Assembly: GCA_015064015.1 (NCBI GenBank) | Contig: SVTB01000001.1 | Coordinates: forward strand, 2,762 to 66,761 | DNA: 64,000 nucleotides | Direction: 5' to 3' | Source: Oscillospiraceae bacterium | GTDB taxonomy: Bacteria > Bacillota > Clostridia > Oscillospirales > CAG-272 | In this document: positions 9,181 through 18,170 of the stretch, in pieces | Layout of the letters: the number at the start of each line of letters is the position of its first letter | Numbering within the stretch: position 1 is the first letter of the stretch | The notes under the pieces: model-generated | Databases searched by the model: none | What the model was told of the DNA's origin: nothing | Seen by the model: only the letters and a program-made list of their open reading frames with translations | Translations under genes and position numbers: made by a program

Positions 9181-10875
9181 TTATCTCACAATCTCGATAC
9201 CGAGGGGAGCTTCGATTTCAACGACGGTTTCGCCGTTTTGATCCTTGTGAGCCCAAACCTTGATCTCGCCCTTAGGGGTGGGGTAAGTGCCCTTGGCCCA
9301 ATCCAACCATGCCAGATCAGGCTTGACCTCGTACTTGCCGGGAGCAATATTCTTCACGCCCAGCACGTAGTTGGAGAGATAGGGACAGGGGCCGGAAGCC
9401 CAGCCATGGCAGAGGGAATGACGGAATTTGATATAGCAGTAGTTACCGTAGTCACCATGAATGTCCACCATACCCTCAGGAACTACCTCGTCGATACGAC
9501 CGGCGTTGATCATCCAATCGAGATCAAAGTCCTCCCAGAACGTGGTAGCACCCATATCCAGCATACCGCCCCAGTATTCCTTCATGTCGCGGAGCGCGCC
9601 TGCATGGTCACCCGCAGCGGCCTTGGCAGCCATAATGTAGTAGCCCATGAAGGTGGAATAGCCGTGACCGCCACCGGGAACCAGAACCTTTTCGTTGACC
9701 TCAACGGGATCAGCCAAACCTGCCAGCACCATGAAGGAGTTCGCCTGTTTGGCGGTGGTGGGCTCGGGCTTGTGAGCCTTCATGCGCTCGGCAGAGGCCT
9801 CACAGAGAGCGGCAGTCTCATCCTCGCCCAACTCGCGGAGCAGATAAGCACCGTTGTCCAGAGCCAACTTCAAAAGGCCTTGGAAGCCCACGTGCTTGGC
9901 CACAGGATCATCGTTGGTGGGCCAGTCCAGGAGACGGCCTTCGGGAAGGGTCTCGCCGCCGTCCTCGTCCACAAAGGAGGCAAGCAGGGTCAAGAGGCCG
10001 CGGAGATAATCTCTCTGCTCCTCCAGATATGCTTTGTTACCAAAAGCACGGTACCAGTCGCAGTGGATCAGGAGCCACCAGATGGAGTAAGCGGAAATGC
10101 CATTCATCCAGGCACCCACGGGGGTCTCGTCACGAACAACGTCCAGAGAGCGGGGCACAATTTCGTTGTAACCGAAGGTAGCCAAAATGGTGTTAACCTC
10201 AGTGTGCATATCACCGATCCATACCAGGCGGTCACGCTTGATGCCATCCCATAGGTATTCTTGCATATTGACGTGGGCGGTGTAAGCGGCGGTGTTCCAG
10301 ATGCGGGTCAGCTTTTCGTCGGAACAGGAGAAAGAGCCCTTGTAGTCAAGGTCGAGGTAATGAACCACACCCTGCACAGCCTTGAATTCCACAATGGCAT
10401 CATCATCAGCCAGCTCAATGCAAACAAATCGGAAGCCCGACTCGTTAGTCTCGTTGGCGGAGTAGAAGCCCACGTTCATGACGCGGTCGCGGGTGGCGTG
10501 ATCGTTGGTGGTGTTCTTCACCTTCAAGGGAGTGATCGCCTCCATAACGCTCTCACCGGTACGGACGATAATGTTGCAACGAGCGTCATCACCCATGCCC
10601 TTGGAGCCGGCATTCCAGATCATAAGGCGAACAGAGCCGGGGAACTCTATGCCGTAATCCAAAACGATCTTTGCGTGGGGCTGACCGGGCTTATTGATCA
10701 AGGCGCAACGGTCACCGGGCACCAGGGTAATCTGGTTGCTTCTCTCCTGCAAAAGAGATTCTGCGTTCGTAACGTTGCCCTCGGTGAGCACAACACGCTT
10801 GGGCGCGATGTAACGGCGAGTTCTGGGGTCAGTGATACTGCCGTTCAACGCTTGAAATTTTTCATTCAGCTTCAT
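9181..10875 (-). CDS. six-hairpin (alpha/alpha)6 glycosidase, GH78 alpha-L-rhamnosidase-like
   Basis: 564 aa. WDGIKRDRLVWIGDM and HGWASGP resemble the Bac_rhamnosid6H catalytic-domain motifs. No signal peptide. Confidence 0.65.
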   Translation of the reverse strand: MKLNEKFQALNGSITDPRTRRYIAPKRVVLTEGNVTNAESLLQERSNQITLVPGDRCALINKPGQPHAKIVLDYGIEFPGSVRLMIWNAGSKGMGDDARCNIIVRTGESVMEAITPLKVKNTTNDHATRDRVMNVGFYSANETNESGFRFVCIELADDDAIVEFKAVQGVVHYLDLDYKGSFSCSDEKLTRIWNTAAYTAHVNMQEYLWDGIKRDRLVWIGDMHTEVNTILATFGYNEIVPRSLDVVRDETPVGAWMNGISAYSIWWLLIHCDWYRAFGNKAYLEEQRDYLRGLLTLLASFVDEDGGETLPEGRLLDWPTNDDPVAKHVGFQGLLKLALDNGAYLLRELGEDETAALCEASAERMKAHKPEPTTAKQANSFMVLAGLADPVEVNEKVLVPGGGHGYSTFMGYYIMAAKAAAGDHAGALRDMKEYWGGMLDMGATTFWEDFDLDWMINAGRIDEVVPEGMVDIHGDYGNYCYIKFRHSLCHGWASGPCPYLSNYVLGVKNIAPGKYEVKPDLAWLDWAKGTYPTPKGEIKVWAHKDQNGETVVEIEAPLGIEIVR

Positions 10876-10955
10876 GATTGGGTCTCCTGTTTCGTTTTAT
10901 TCCAAAAAATTTTCAAATTTAATCACGGCCACATTGCGGCATCGTAACTATGAAT

Positions 10956-10984
10956 AATATACCATATTTTATATCGGCTGTCAA
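10956..10984 (-). promoter_or_regulatory. sigma-A type promoter of the GH78-like/GH4 operon
   Basis: Minus strand reads TTGACA, 17 nt (ending TGG), TATATT, about 80 nt upstream of ATG 10875. Confidence 0.6.
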
Positions 10985-11145
10985 TATATTTGGGTAAATT
11001 TCGCCATATAGCCCTTAAAATTTTCCAAGGCATTGGAACAAAAAATTTCCAAAATCCTCAGATTATTCATGATGCGGTCATGTTCTTGTGCTATCATAAA
11101 AAGGAATCCTCCCAACGCCGCCAAAACCTTCGGAAAGGAGACCCT

Positions 11146-12591
11146 ATGTTCACCTATGACCTAACCGTCAAAGACGGCCGTCCGCTCTATGAAAAGCTCA
11201 CCGCTTGCATCAGAAACGATATCCTGTCGGGAATTTATACTGCAGGCCAAAAGCTCCCCTCCAAGCGTCGTGCCGCAGTTGATCTCGGTATCAGCGTGGT
11301 AACGGTGCAGAGTGCCTACGATCAGCTGTTGGCCGAGGGATATCTTTGCGCAAGAGAAAGAAGCGGTTATTTTGTAGCATCCTTGGAAGAGCTCCCATCT
11401 CCCATGCAGAGCATATCGAAAGCACCTACCATGTCCGTGGCAGAACGGTCTCCCCGAGCCGGCGTGATCGACTTGGTCAGCCAGCGTGTATCGCCCCAGC
11501 TATTCCCTCTTTCCATCTGGACAAAGCTCTCCCGCCGTGTGCTCACCGAGCAGGGAGAGGCCCTGCTGGCACCCGCTCCCCCCATGGGTCTTCCTTCCCT
11601 GCGGGAAGCCATCGCCCGTACCCTACTGACCACCCGGGGAATTCACACCTCCCCCGATTGTATTCTCATCGGCGCCGGTAACCAAGGACTATACCATACC
11701 CTCTTGCTGTTGCTGGGACAGGAGCGTCTGTGGGCAACCGAAAATCCCGGGTATTCCCTAATCCCCCGCCTTTATCGCCAGATGGGAGCGCAGGTAACCT
11801 GTCTTCCCATGGACGAGCAGGGCGTGGAGCTCCTTCCCCTGGAGGCATCGGGAGCATCGGTGTTGCACATATCCCCTGCCCACCATTTTCCCACGGGTAT
11901 CCTTACGGGTGCCGCCCGCCGCCGCGAGCTTTTGCGTTGGGCGGAGGAAAATCATACGCCCAAACGATACATTTTGGAAGATGATTACGACAGCGAATTT
12001 CGCATGGGCGGCCGTCCCATCCCTCCCCTTTGCCGCGGCGCGGAGGAGTCCTCCGTTATCTATATCAATACCTTCTCCAAAACCATTTCCCCCTCCCTGC
12101 GTATTGCTTACGCCGTCCTGCCTCCTGCCTTGGCCGAAACCTATGAGCAGAAGCTATCATATCTGGCGTGCCCTGTTCCTTCCTTTGAACAATACGTTTT
12201 GGCGGCGTTTCTCAACGAGGGCTATTTCGAGCGGCACATCAACCGTACCCGCACCCGTTACCGAGAGCTCCGAAACGCTCTGCTCTCCGCCCTGTCCCAA
12301 AGCCCCTATGCTTCTAAGTATTCCGTCAAGGCCGCCGACGGAGGACTTCACTTTCTTCTGCAGCTGGAGATACCCCTTTCGGATCAAGTCATAAAGGCCA
12401 AAGCCGCCGATCTGGGCATTGAGGTCAAAACCCTGAGCGACTACTTTGATCCCACGGAGCCTATCCCCCATACCCGAACCTTGGTCGTCAGCTACGCAGG
12501 CCTTTCGGGAGAGCAGATCCCCTCGCTGATTTCTCGTCTTGACAAGCTCATATCGTCGTCATCCCGATCCCTTCCAAAATCCTCTGTGTAA
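11146..12591 (+). CDS. MocR/GabR-type regulator (GntR wHTH fused to an aminotransferase-like PLP domain)
   Basis: ORF 10990.. trimmed to ATG 11146, with AAAGGAG upstream. 481 aa. wHTH LPSKRRAAVDLGISVVTVQSAYDQLLAEGY. Fold-type-I aminotransferase region with NTFSKTISPSLRIAY. Confidence 0.85.
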   Translation: MFTYDLTVKDGRPLYEKLTACIRNDILSGIYTAGQKLPSKRRAAVDLGISVVTVQSAYDQLLAEGYLCARERSGYFVASLEELPSPMQSISKAPTMSVAERSPRAGVIDLVSQRVSPQLFPLSIWTKLSRRVLTEQGEALLAPAPPMGLPSLREAIARTLLTTRGIHTSPDCILIGAGNQGLYHTLLLLLGQERLWATENPGYSLIPRLYRQMGAQVTCLPMDEQGVELLPLEASGASVLHISPAHHFPTGILTGAARRRELLRWAEENHTPKRYILEDDYDSEFRMGGRPIPPLCRGAEESSVIYINTFSKTISPSLRIAYAVLPPALAETYEQKLSYLACPVPSFEQYVLAAFLNEGYFERHINRTRTRYRELRNALLSALSQSPYASKYSVKAADGGLHFLLQLEIPLSDQVIKAKAADLGIEVKTLSDYFDPTEPIPHTRTLVVSYAGLSGEQIPSLISRLDKLISSSSRSLPKSSV

Positions 12592-12639
12592 TGTACAAAA
12601 ACACATAGCCATCATTTAACTTTTTGTATATATTAACCG

Positions 12640-12668
12640 TTGAAAATGAATGAGTTGTATGATATAAT
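12640..12668 (+). promoter_or_regulatory. sigma-A type promoter of the amino-acid ABC operon
   Basis: TTGAAA, 17 nt, TATAAT. Inverted repeat TGCAT-attc-ATGCA at 12676-12689 lies just downstream and is a possible operator. Confidence 0.6.
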
Positions 12669-12716
12669 GTTGGCGTGCATATTCATGCAATCATTATTCA
12701 TTAAGGAGTAAAGAAA

Positions 12717-13559
12717 ATGAAAAAGTATTTGGCTATTTTTATGGCCCTGGTACTGGCTCTGTCCTGCATGGTGATCTTCTCTGCTTGCGGCGATAACAAC
12801 TGCGCCGATGGAGAGACCGCGGCCCCCACCGATGCAGCAGATTCTATTGCCGCTACCGAGGCAGGTACCACCGCCCCCGACGAAGGCGAAAAGCCCGTTC
12901 TAAAGATGGGTACCAACGCTTACTTCCAGCCCTACGAGTTCTACGAGGGTGAGAAGATCGTAGGTATCGATGCCGAAATCGCTGCTGCTATCGCAGAGAA
13001 GCTGGGCATGACCCTGGAGATCGTGGATATGGAGTTTGACTCCATCCTGACCGCCGTCAACGAGGGCTCCGTGGACTTCGGTATGGCCGGTATGACCATC
13101 ACCGATGATCGCCTCCTGGAGGTTGACTTCTCCATCAGCTACGCCAATGGCGTGCAGGCTATCATCGTCAAAGAAGATTCCCCCATCACCTCCGTGGACG
13201 ACCTCTACGCCGAGGGCGCTTCCTACAAGGTAGGCGTTCAGCTGGGCACCACCGGTGACGTTTACGCCACCGATGACTTCGGTTCTGACAACGTAACCAC
13301 CTACAGCAACGGCAACGAGGCTGTGCTGGCTCTGGCCGGTGGTTCCGTGGACTGCGTCATCATCGACAACGAGCCCGCCAAGGCTCTGGTGGCCGCTAAC
13401 TCCGGTCTCAAGATCCTGGAGACCGAGTACGCCAACGAGGACTACGCCATCTGCGTCAAGAAGGGCAACTCCGAGCTGCTGGATAAGATCAACGCCGCTA
13501 TCCTGGAGCTGACCGAGGACGGTACCATCGAAGGTATCGTGGCAAAGTACATCAAGTGA
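12717..13559 (+). CDS. polar amino-acid ABC transporter substrate-binding lipoprotein
   Basis: 280 aa. Lipobox VIFSAC. SBP_bac_3-type sequence (KMGTNAYFQPYEF, GIDAEIAAAIA, DFGMAGMTIT, KKGNSELLDKIN). Confidence 0.88.
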   Translation: MKKYLAIFMALVLALSCMVIFSACGDNNCADGETAAPTDAADSIAATEAGTTAPDEGEKPVLKMGTNAYFQPYEFYEGEKIVGIDAEIAAAIAEKLGMTLEIVDMEFDSILTAVNEGSVDFGMAGMTITDDRLLEVDFSISYANGVQAIIVKEDSPITSVDDLYAEGASYKVGVQLGTTGDVYATDDFGSDNVTTYSNGNEAVLALAGGSVDCVIIDNEPAKALVAANSGLKILETEYANEDYAICVKKGNSELLDKINAAILELTEDGTIEGIVAKYIK

Positions 13560-13596
13560 TCACGGTGGCATTCCGAAAACTCTTTTGAAAGCACCC

Positions 13597-13628
13597 GAAT
13601 GGGACGGGCAACCGTCCCATTCTTTCTA
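13597..13628 (+). terminator. intra-operon hairpin/partial terminator after the binding-protein gene
   Basis: Stem GAATGGGACGG gcaa CCGTCCCATTC followed by TTTCT, 38 nt after the stop at 13559 and upstream of the permease gene. Confidence 0.65.
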
Positions 13629-13771
13629 TGGATATCTTTGAAGCTTCGCGGCCAAAATCCTTGACCGTCAAGCTTTGCAGATATCACAAAGCTTCTCTTG
13701 AAACCCTATCGTCGAAAAACGACAAGACAACTTTAAAGCAGCCCATAGTCTTACGAAAGGAATGCGAAAGC

Positions 13772-15184
13772 ATGAATCATCATTCCAACAAAAAGAAACA
13801 AAGGCGGATCATCAACATAAGCTTGGTGGCCCTCTGTGTGGTCATTCTGCTCTCCGTGGTACTGGTTGACTTTATTTCCAACAAAAGTACCACCGCTTCT
13901 CTCACACCCGAAGAGGCGCAAATCCAAATCGACGAGCTGATCGCGAGCCTGCCCACAGCCGTAGCCAAATGCTCCAAATATGTGGTGGAAAACACCCATA
14001 TGCAGGTTTTATCGGTAGAGCCCGGCGACAAGCGGAACTTCGTAGTCAAGGTCAAGTACGATACCGTGGACGTGGCCTCCATGTACGAGGCGCACAAGGA
14101 TCAGATTTTTGAGACGGCCTGGAATTACGCCGAGGGTGTCAAGGCCGAGGGCAAGAAGGTCAACGCCACCATGATCCAGATCGAGGTGCAGAAATACATA
14201 CTGGCACAGCTTGAAAGTGGCACCTGGAAGATAAACGGCGAGGTGGAGGTATACTTTTACGATGTCCGCGCCGAAAAGCTGGAGATGTACCTTTCCGACG
14301 ATGCGCTGAATCACCTGCTGGGCGGCTATATCGCCGTCAAGGACGACATCAAAGCTACCACCGAGATCACCGTGGGCGGCAAGACGGTGTCTATCGCTTC
14401 AGACAATACCTTCCGTAACGGTATCAACCAGTGCTTTGGCTTGGACAATTACGATGCAGAAGTGCCCGATACATCCTCTCCCTTGCAGCAGAAGTGGAAC
14501 GCGGTCAAGGCGGATTTCCACAAGAACTTTATTGAAGACCAGCACTGGAAGTATATCGTGGAGGGTGTTGGCAATACCCTGGCACTCACGGGGCTTTCTC
14601 TCCTTCTGGGTATCGTGCTGGGTCTCTTTACCGCCATCGTCCGTGTGGTGTTCGAAAAGACGGATAGGCTGTATTACCTTGATAAAATTTGTAAGGCCTA
14701 CGTTGCCATCATCCGCGGCACGCCTCTGATGGTTCAGCTTCTCATCATTTACTTCGTCCTGCTGTTGCCCATCGGAATCGAAAAATTCCCTGCGGCGGTA
14801 CTGTGCTTCGGCCTCAACAGCGGTGCTTACGTCTCCGAGATCATCCGCGGTGGTATCATGTCGGTGGATGCGGGACAGACCGAGGCCGGCCGCTCCCTGG
14901 GCTTCGGTTACGGTGCCACCATGTTCCATATCGTTATGCCCCAGGCCTTTAAGGCTGTCCTGCCTGCGCTCTGTAACGAGTTTATCACGCTGCTCAAGGA
15001 GACCTCCGTAGCCTTCTACATCGGTGTGGCAGACCTGACACGAGCGGGCATCAAGATCCGTTCCATTACCTATAGCAACTTTATGCCCCTGGTGGCGGTT
15101 GCGCTCGTTTATCTGTTCTTGGTTCTGATCCTCACCAAGCTGGTGGGTATTCTCGAAAGGAGGCTGCGCAAGAGTGAACGCTGA
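13772..15184 (+). CDS. amino-acid ABC permease (HisM/GlnP type) with an extra N-terminal TM helix and an extracytoplasmic domain of about 250 aa
   Basis: ORF 13628.. trimmed to ATG 13772 ([12 protein letters not shown], then TM helix [19 protein letters not shown]). The C-terminal ~215 aa carry the permease core ([32 protein letters not shown]). Residues ~40-290 are unlike SBP_bac_3. Confidence 0.8.
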   Translation: MNHHSNKKKQRRIINISLVALCVVILLSVVLVDFISNKSTTASLTPEEAQIQIDELIASLPTAVAKCSKYVVENTHMQVLSVEPGDKRNFVVKVKYDTVDVASMYEAHKDQIFETAWNYAEGVKAEGKKVNATMIQIEVQKYILAQLESGTWKINGEVEVYFYDVRAEKLEMYLSDDALNHLLGGYIAVKDDIKATTEITVGGKTVSIASDNTFRNGINQCFGLDNYDAEVPDTSSPLQQKWNAVKADFHKNFIEDQHWKYIVEGVGNTLALTGLSLLLGIVLGLFTAIVRVVFEKTDRLYYLDKICKAYVAIIRGTPLMVQLLIIYFVLLLPIGIEKFPAAVLCFGLNSGAYVSEIIRGGIMSVDAGQTEAGRSLGFGYGATMFHIVMPQAFKAVLPALCNEFITLLKETSVAFYIGVADLTRAGIKIRSITYSNFMPLVAVALVYLFLVLILTKLVGILERRLRKSER

Positions 15185-15920
15185 TAACGTACTGGTCAAG
15201 GTCACAGACCTCAAAAAGCATTATAGCGACGGCGAGGTTCACGCTCTGGACGGTGTCTCCATGAACATCAGCCGCGGCGAGGTGGTAGTCATCATCGGCC
15301 CCTCGGGCAGCGGCAAATCCACCTTCCTGCGCTCCCTGAACCTTTTAGAGGAGCCTACGGGCGGCGAGATCCTGGTAGGCGGTGTCAACCTCATGGACAA
15401 AAAGACCAACATCAACCTGCACCGCCAAAAGATGGGTATGGTCTTTCAGCACTTCAATTTGTTCCCCCACATGACCATCCTTCGCAATATGACCATCGCC
15501 CCCATGAAGCTCCTCAAAAAGTCCAAGGAGGAGGCCGAGGAGAAGGCCATGGAGCTTTTGCAGATGGTAGGGCTCAAGGACCGCGCCCTGGCCTATCCCA
15601 GCCAACTTTCCGGCGGACAAAAACAGCGTGTGGCCATCGTTCGTGCCCTTTGCATGGAACCCGAGATCATGCTCTTTGACGAGCCTACCTCTGCCCTTGA
15701 CCCCGAAATGGTTGGCGAGGTGCTGGAGGTCATGAAGAAGCTGGCACACGACGGCATGACCATGGTGGTGGTGACCCACGAGATGGGCTTTGCCCGTGAG
15801 GTGGGATCCCGCGTGGTCTTCATGGACGGGGGACAAGTCATTGAAGAGGGCACCCCCGACGAGATCTTCAACCACCCTAAGTCGGACAGATTACAGGGAT
15901 TTTTGGCCAAGGTACTCTAA
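15174..15920 (+). CDS. amino-acid ABC transporter ATP-binding protein (GlnQ/HisP type)
   Basis: GTG start overlaps the permease stop. Walker [10 protein letters not shown], signature LSGGQKQRV, Walker [12 protein letters not shown]. Confidence 0.92.
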   Translation: MNADNVLVKVTDLKKHYSDGEVHALDGVSMNISRGEVVVIIGPSGSGKSTFLRSLNLLEEPTGGEILVGGVNLMDKKTNINLHRQKMGMVFQHFNLFPHMTILRNMTIAPMKLLKKSKEEAEEKAMELLQMVGLKDRALAYPSQLSGGQKQRVAIVRALCMEPEIMLFDEPTSALDPEMVGEVLEVMKKLAHDGMTMVVVTHEMGFAREVGSRVVFMDGGQVIEEGTPDEIFNHPKSDRLQGFLAKVL

Positions 15921-15973
15921 TCAGGGGAAAGACTTGTCCTTCCCGAAATAATTGACACAATAAGGAGAAACGC

Positions 15974-16480
15974 ATGAATAAGCTGGTCATGGTCATCAAC
16001 GGACGCGGCGGCGTGGGTAAGGATGCCCTCTGCGACGCGCTGACCAAAGAATTTAAGGTGATCAACAAATCTTCCGTGGATCCCATCAAGGAAATCGCTA
16101 AAGCCTACGGCTGGCAGGGGGAAAAGACCCCAAAGGCACGGAAATTCTTGGCAGATCTCAAGCAGGTGTTTGTGGAGTACAACGATCTGCCCACCACCTA
16201 TCTGGTTAAACAATACGAGGCCTTCATGCAAAGCGATGCCGACATTCTCTGTGTCCATATCCGTGAAGCCTCGGAAATCGAAAAATTTGTGAAAAGAATC
16301 CCCTCCGCCTGTATCACCATGCTCATCCGCCGTCCCAATCCCGACGGAATACCCTATGGCAACGCCGCTGATGATGAGGTGGAAAACTACGTCTACGATC
16401 ACATATTTGACAACGTCCTGCCGCTGGAAGAAAGCGGAGAGGCCTTCCGCCTTGTGATCCGCGATTACCTTCTTGCATAA
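15974..16480 (+). CDS. small P-loop NTPase-like protein (possible nucleotide/nucleoside kinase fold)
   Basis: 168 aa. N-terminal VMVINGRGGVGKDAL is Walker-A-like. AAGGAG upstream. Function is not assignable from the sequence alone. Confidence 0.6.
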   Translation: MNKLVMVINGRGGVGKDALCDALTKEFKVINKSSVDPIKEIAKAYGWQGEKTPKARKFLADLKQVFVEYNDLPTTYLVKQYEAFMQSDADILCVHIREASEIEKFVKRIPSACITMLIRRPNPDGIPYGNAADDEVENYVYDHIFDNVLPLEESGEAFRLVIRDYLLA

Positions 16481-16484
16481 AGTC

Positions 16485-16516
16485 AAAACGCCCGCACTGG
16501 TTGCGGGCGTTTTTTA
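16485..16516. terminator. bidirectional intrinsic terminator between convergent genes
   Basis: Stem AACGCCCGCA ctggt TGCGGGCGTT, flanked by AAAA on the left and TTTTT on the right. Lies between stops 16480 (+) and 16522 (-). Confidence 0.85.
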
Positions 16517-16521
16517 ATGAA

Positions 16522-17070
16522 TCAGGATGCCGGCTTATCAAAGCCGTGAATAAATCCGCTGACATCGGCGGAGCAAATGTCTCCGCCGATTACGCGGTTG
16601 CGATAGACCAGTACATTGGCGTACACCGGCATTTGATACACCTTCCCTTCAAACTCACCGTAATTGGTAACCTTAAAGGTGTATCGGATAACCTCCTTCT
16701 TTTTATACTTGGACAGATCCAGCCCTTGCGACTTTTGTAACTCATTATACCCCGCAAAGATTTTGTCAAATTCTGCGGGAATGGTCACCGTAACGCTCTC
16801 TGCCGATCCTGCGTCTACCACCCAGCCAAACTGACCGAGAAAGCCCGCTGCATCATCGGAACAGCGCACTTTTTCATATTTGATGCTGACAGTCTGGGTT
16901 TCATCTTCTCGACCGCTGACTTGTACGTCCGGATTGACATTTCCCGCCGTGTTGCTCTGCCCTGATGCGTAGGCCGGCACAAAAGCAATCAGCGCCACCA
17001 GTGCGGCCAACGCCACACAAACAATACCAAAGAATTTAATGGTACTTGCACGCATGGAATAAATAAACAT
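16522..17070 (-). CDS. DUF4830 domain membrane-anchored protein
   Basis: 182 aa. N-terminal TM helix. GWVVD..VTIPAEFDKIFAGYNELQKSQGLDLSKYKKKEVIRYTFKV..IGGDICS matches my recollection of the Clostridia DUF4830 family. Confidence 0.75.
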   Translation of the reverse strand: MFIYSMRASTIKFFGIVCVALAALVALIAFVPAYASGQSNTAGNVNPDVQVSGREDETQTVSIKYEKVRCSDDAAGFLGQFGWVVDAGSAESVTVTIPAEFDKIFAGYNELQKSQGLDLSKYKKKEVIRYTFKVTNYGEFEGKVYQMPVYANVLVYRNRVIGGDICSADVSGFIHGFDKPAS

Positions 17071-17199
17071 ATCAATACCCCCATCAAAAATTCATTTTCT
17101 CGGTATAACCTATGCTTCGGCGTGGAATGATATGACAGACTACCGCATTTGCTTGAATCACTTCACCCCAAAATTTCCAATTTGTTGTTTATCTTTTTT

Positions 17200-17473
17200 C
17201 CACTTTCTTTCCTCGTCGAAAGAAAGTGGAGTAAAGAACGCCGCTCAAGGGAGATCTCTCAAGGTGACGCACGCCGCCTATGGCGGCAACAGCGTGTAAA
17301 GAACCTCCACACCCGATGCCCCGCCCCCACGGCGTTGGCTGACATAATACACGCGATAGCCGCCAAAGGCGGCGTGCGTCACGATGGGAGTTGGGTCCTG
17401 AGGGAGAACCGTAGGTTCTATCCCTCAGCGGCGCCTCTTTTGTAACTTTTCTCTCGACGAGGAGAAAAAAGTT
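17200..17473. other. GC-rich, heavily self-complementary intergenic element (candidate structured ncRNA or MITE-like element)
   Basis: Terminal hairpins at 17200-17229 (perfect 12-bp stem, loop CTCGTC) and 17444-17473 (12 bp with 1 mismatch, loop GACGAG, the reverse complement of the first loop). Central 119-nt rod at 17264-17382 (15+6+6 bp plus an apical CGCC/GGCG stem). Nested hairpin at 17398-17428. Only a weak 98-aa ORF overlaps it. Confidence 0.4.
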
Positions 17474-17631
17474 AGTAAGTTAAACAACAATTTATTTAAC
17501 CAATCCTTTCATATGGCGTAATTTTGCAAAAATATTTGAAAATTTTCCATGCAACCCCACTTTTGGGAATATCTTTCCGTATTAGATAGTGGAAGGCCAA
17601 ACACCCTTCACTACAGCAAAGGAGCACCGCT

Positions 17632-17871
17632 ATGAATATGAACGCAGAACAGCAAAGACAGCCAGCCATGAAACATCAAACTCAAAATATCAAGCCCAGT
17701 CTTTCCTACCGTTTGTTTTCCACCAACTGGGGACTTATTCTCGTGGGCGGCTTGCTCGCTTTCGCCATCGGGGCAGCCACCCTTCACAATGGTTACGTTG
17801 AGTCCAAAGCGCAAGAGGTTCCCGAAGTGGAAGTGGAAGCAGTTGCCGAAGCAGAAGCTTTCATCCCTTAA
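17632..17871 (+). CDS. small hypothetical membrane protein (79 aa)
   Basis: AAAGGAG lies 8 nt upstream of the ATG. One TM helix (WGLILVGGLLAFAIGAATL). Acidic EVPEVEVEAVAEAEA tail. Followed by a canonical terminator. Confidence 0.5.
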   Translation: MNMNAEQQRQPAMKHQTQNIKPSLSYRLFSTNWGLILVGGLLAFAIGAATLHNGYVESKAQEVPEVEVEAVAEAEAFIP

Positions 17872-17948
17872 ATTGCATCCTTCTTAATTGATATATTTTT
17901 CATTTTCTTCTTTCCTCCTCAAGTCCACCGAAAATCTCCATCGGTGGC

Positions 17949-17986
17949 AAGGGGTAGTATTCGTAGTACTACCCCTTCTTTTTTCA
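17949..17986 (+). terminator. intrinsic terminator after the 79-aa ORF
   Basis: Stem GGGGTAGTA...TACTACCCC followed by TTCTTTTTTC. Preceded by a second hairpin CCACCGA...TCGGTGG at 17925-17947. Confidence 0.75.
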
Positions 17987-18103
17987 GCCACACTCTCTTT
18001 TCTTTTTCCTTGCTCATGTCAATGGGCGGCCGAGGTGATTTTTGGGGTAAATCGCCTCGGTTTTTTTGCGGATCATGCCCCCTTCCTTTCAAAACATCCA
18101 ATC

Positions 18104-18144
18104 AAAAACTGCACCCTACGGTCACCCGCAGCGTGCAGTTTTTT
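18104..18144. terminator. terminator of the phosphodiester-glycosidase-family gene (bidirectional shape)
   Basis: AAAAACTGCAC...GTGCAGTTTTT has 11-bp arms including A/T runs on both sides. Ends 26 nt downstream of the stop at 18171 on the minus strand. Confidence 0.65.
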
Positions 18145-18170
18145 AGATTCATTTCTTACAAAGTGGCAAA

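Noticed and set aside
13571-13596. Tail-like motif AAAACTCTTTTGAAAG before the 13597 hairpin as an eighth member of the repeat family.
   Set aside because: Its orientation relative to the hairpin and gene is opposite to the other copies, and the hairpin arms are unrelated. The similarity is short and AT-rich.
17149-17445. 98-aa plus-strand ORF covering the structured intergenic element.
   Set aside because: It has a TTG start without an RBS and an Arg-rich translation, and the ORF is a by-product of the GC-rich palindromes. Both strands translate to VTHAA(Y/F)GG because of the symmetry.
17200-17473. Invertible promoter (inverton) hypothesis for the segment flanked by TCCTCGTCGA/TCGACGAGGA.
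   Set aside because: The interior is GC-rich and I found no -35/-10 pair inside it. No invertase or recombinase gene is nearby. It is kept only as an ncRNA/MITE candidate.
17880-17916. 11-codon minus-strand mini-ORF (MKNISIKKDAI) with GAGGAGG upstream, convergent with the 79-aa ORF.
   Set aside because: It is too short to support, no downstream gene exists for it to regulate, and it lies within the terminator region. Probably fortuitous.
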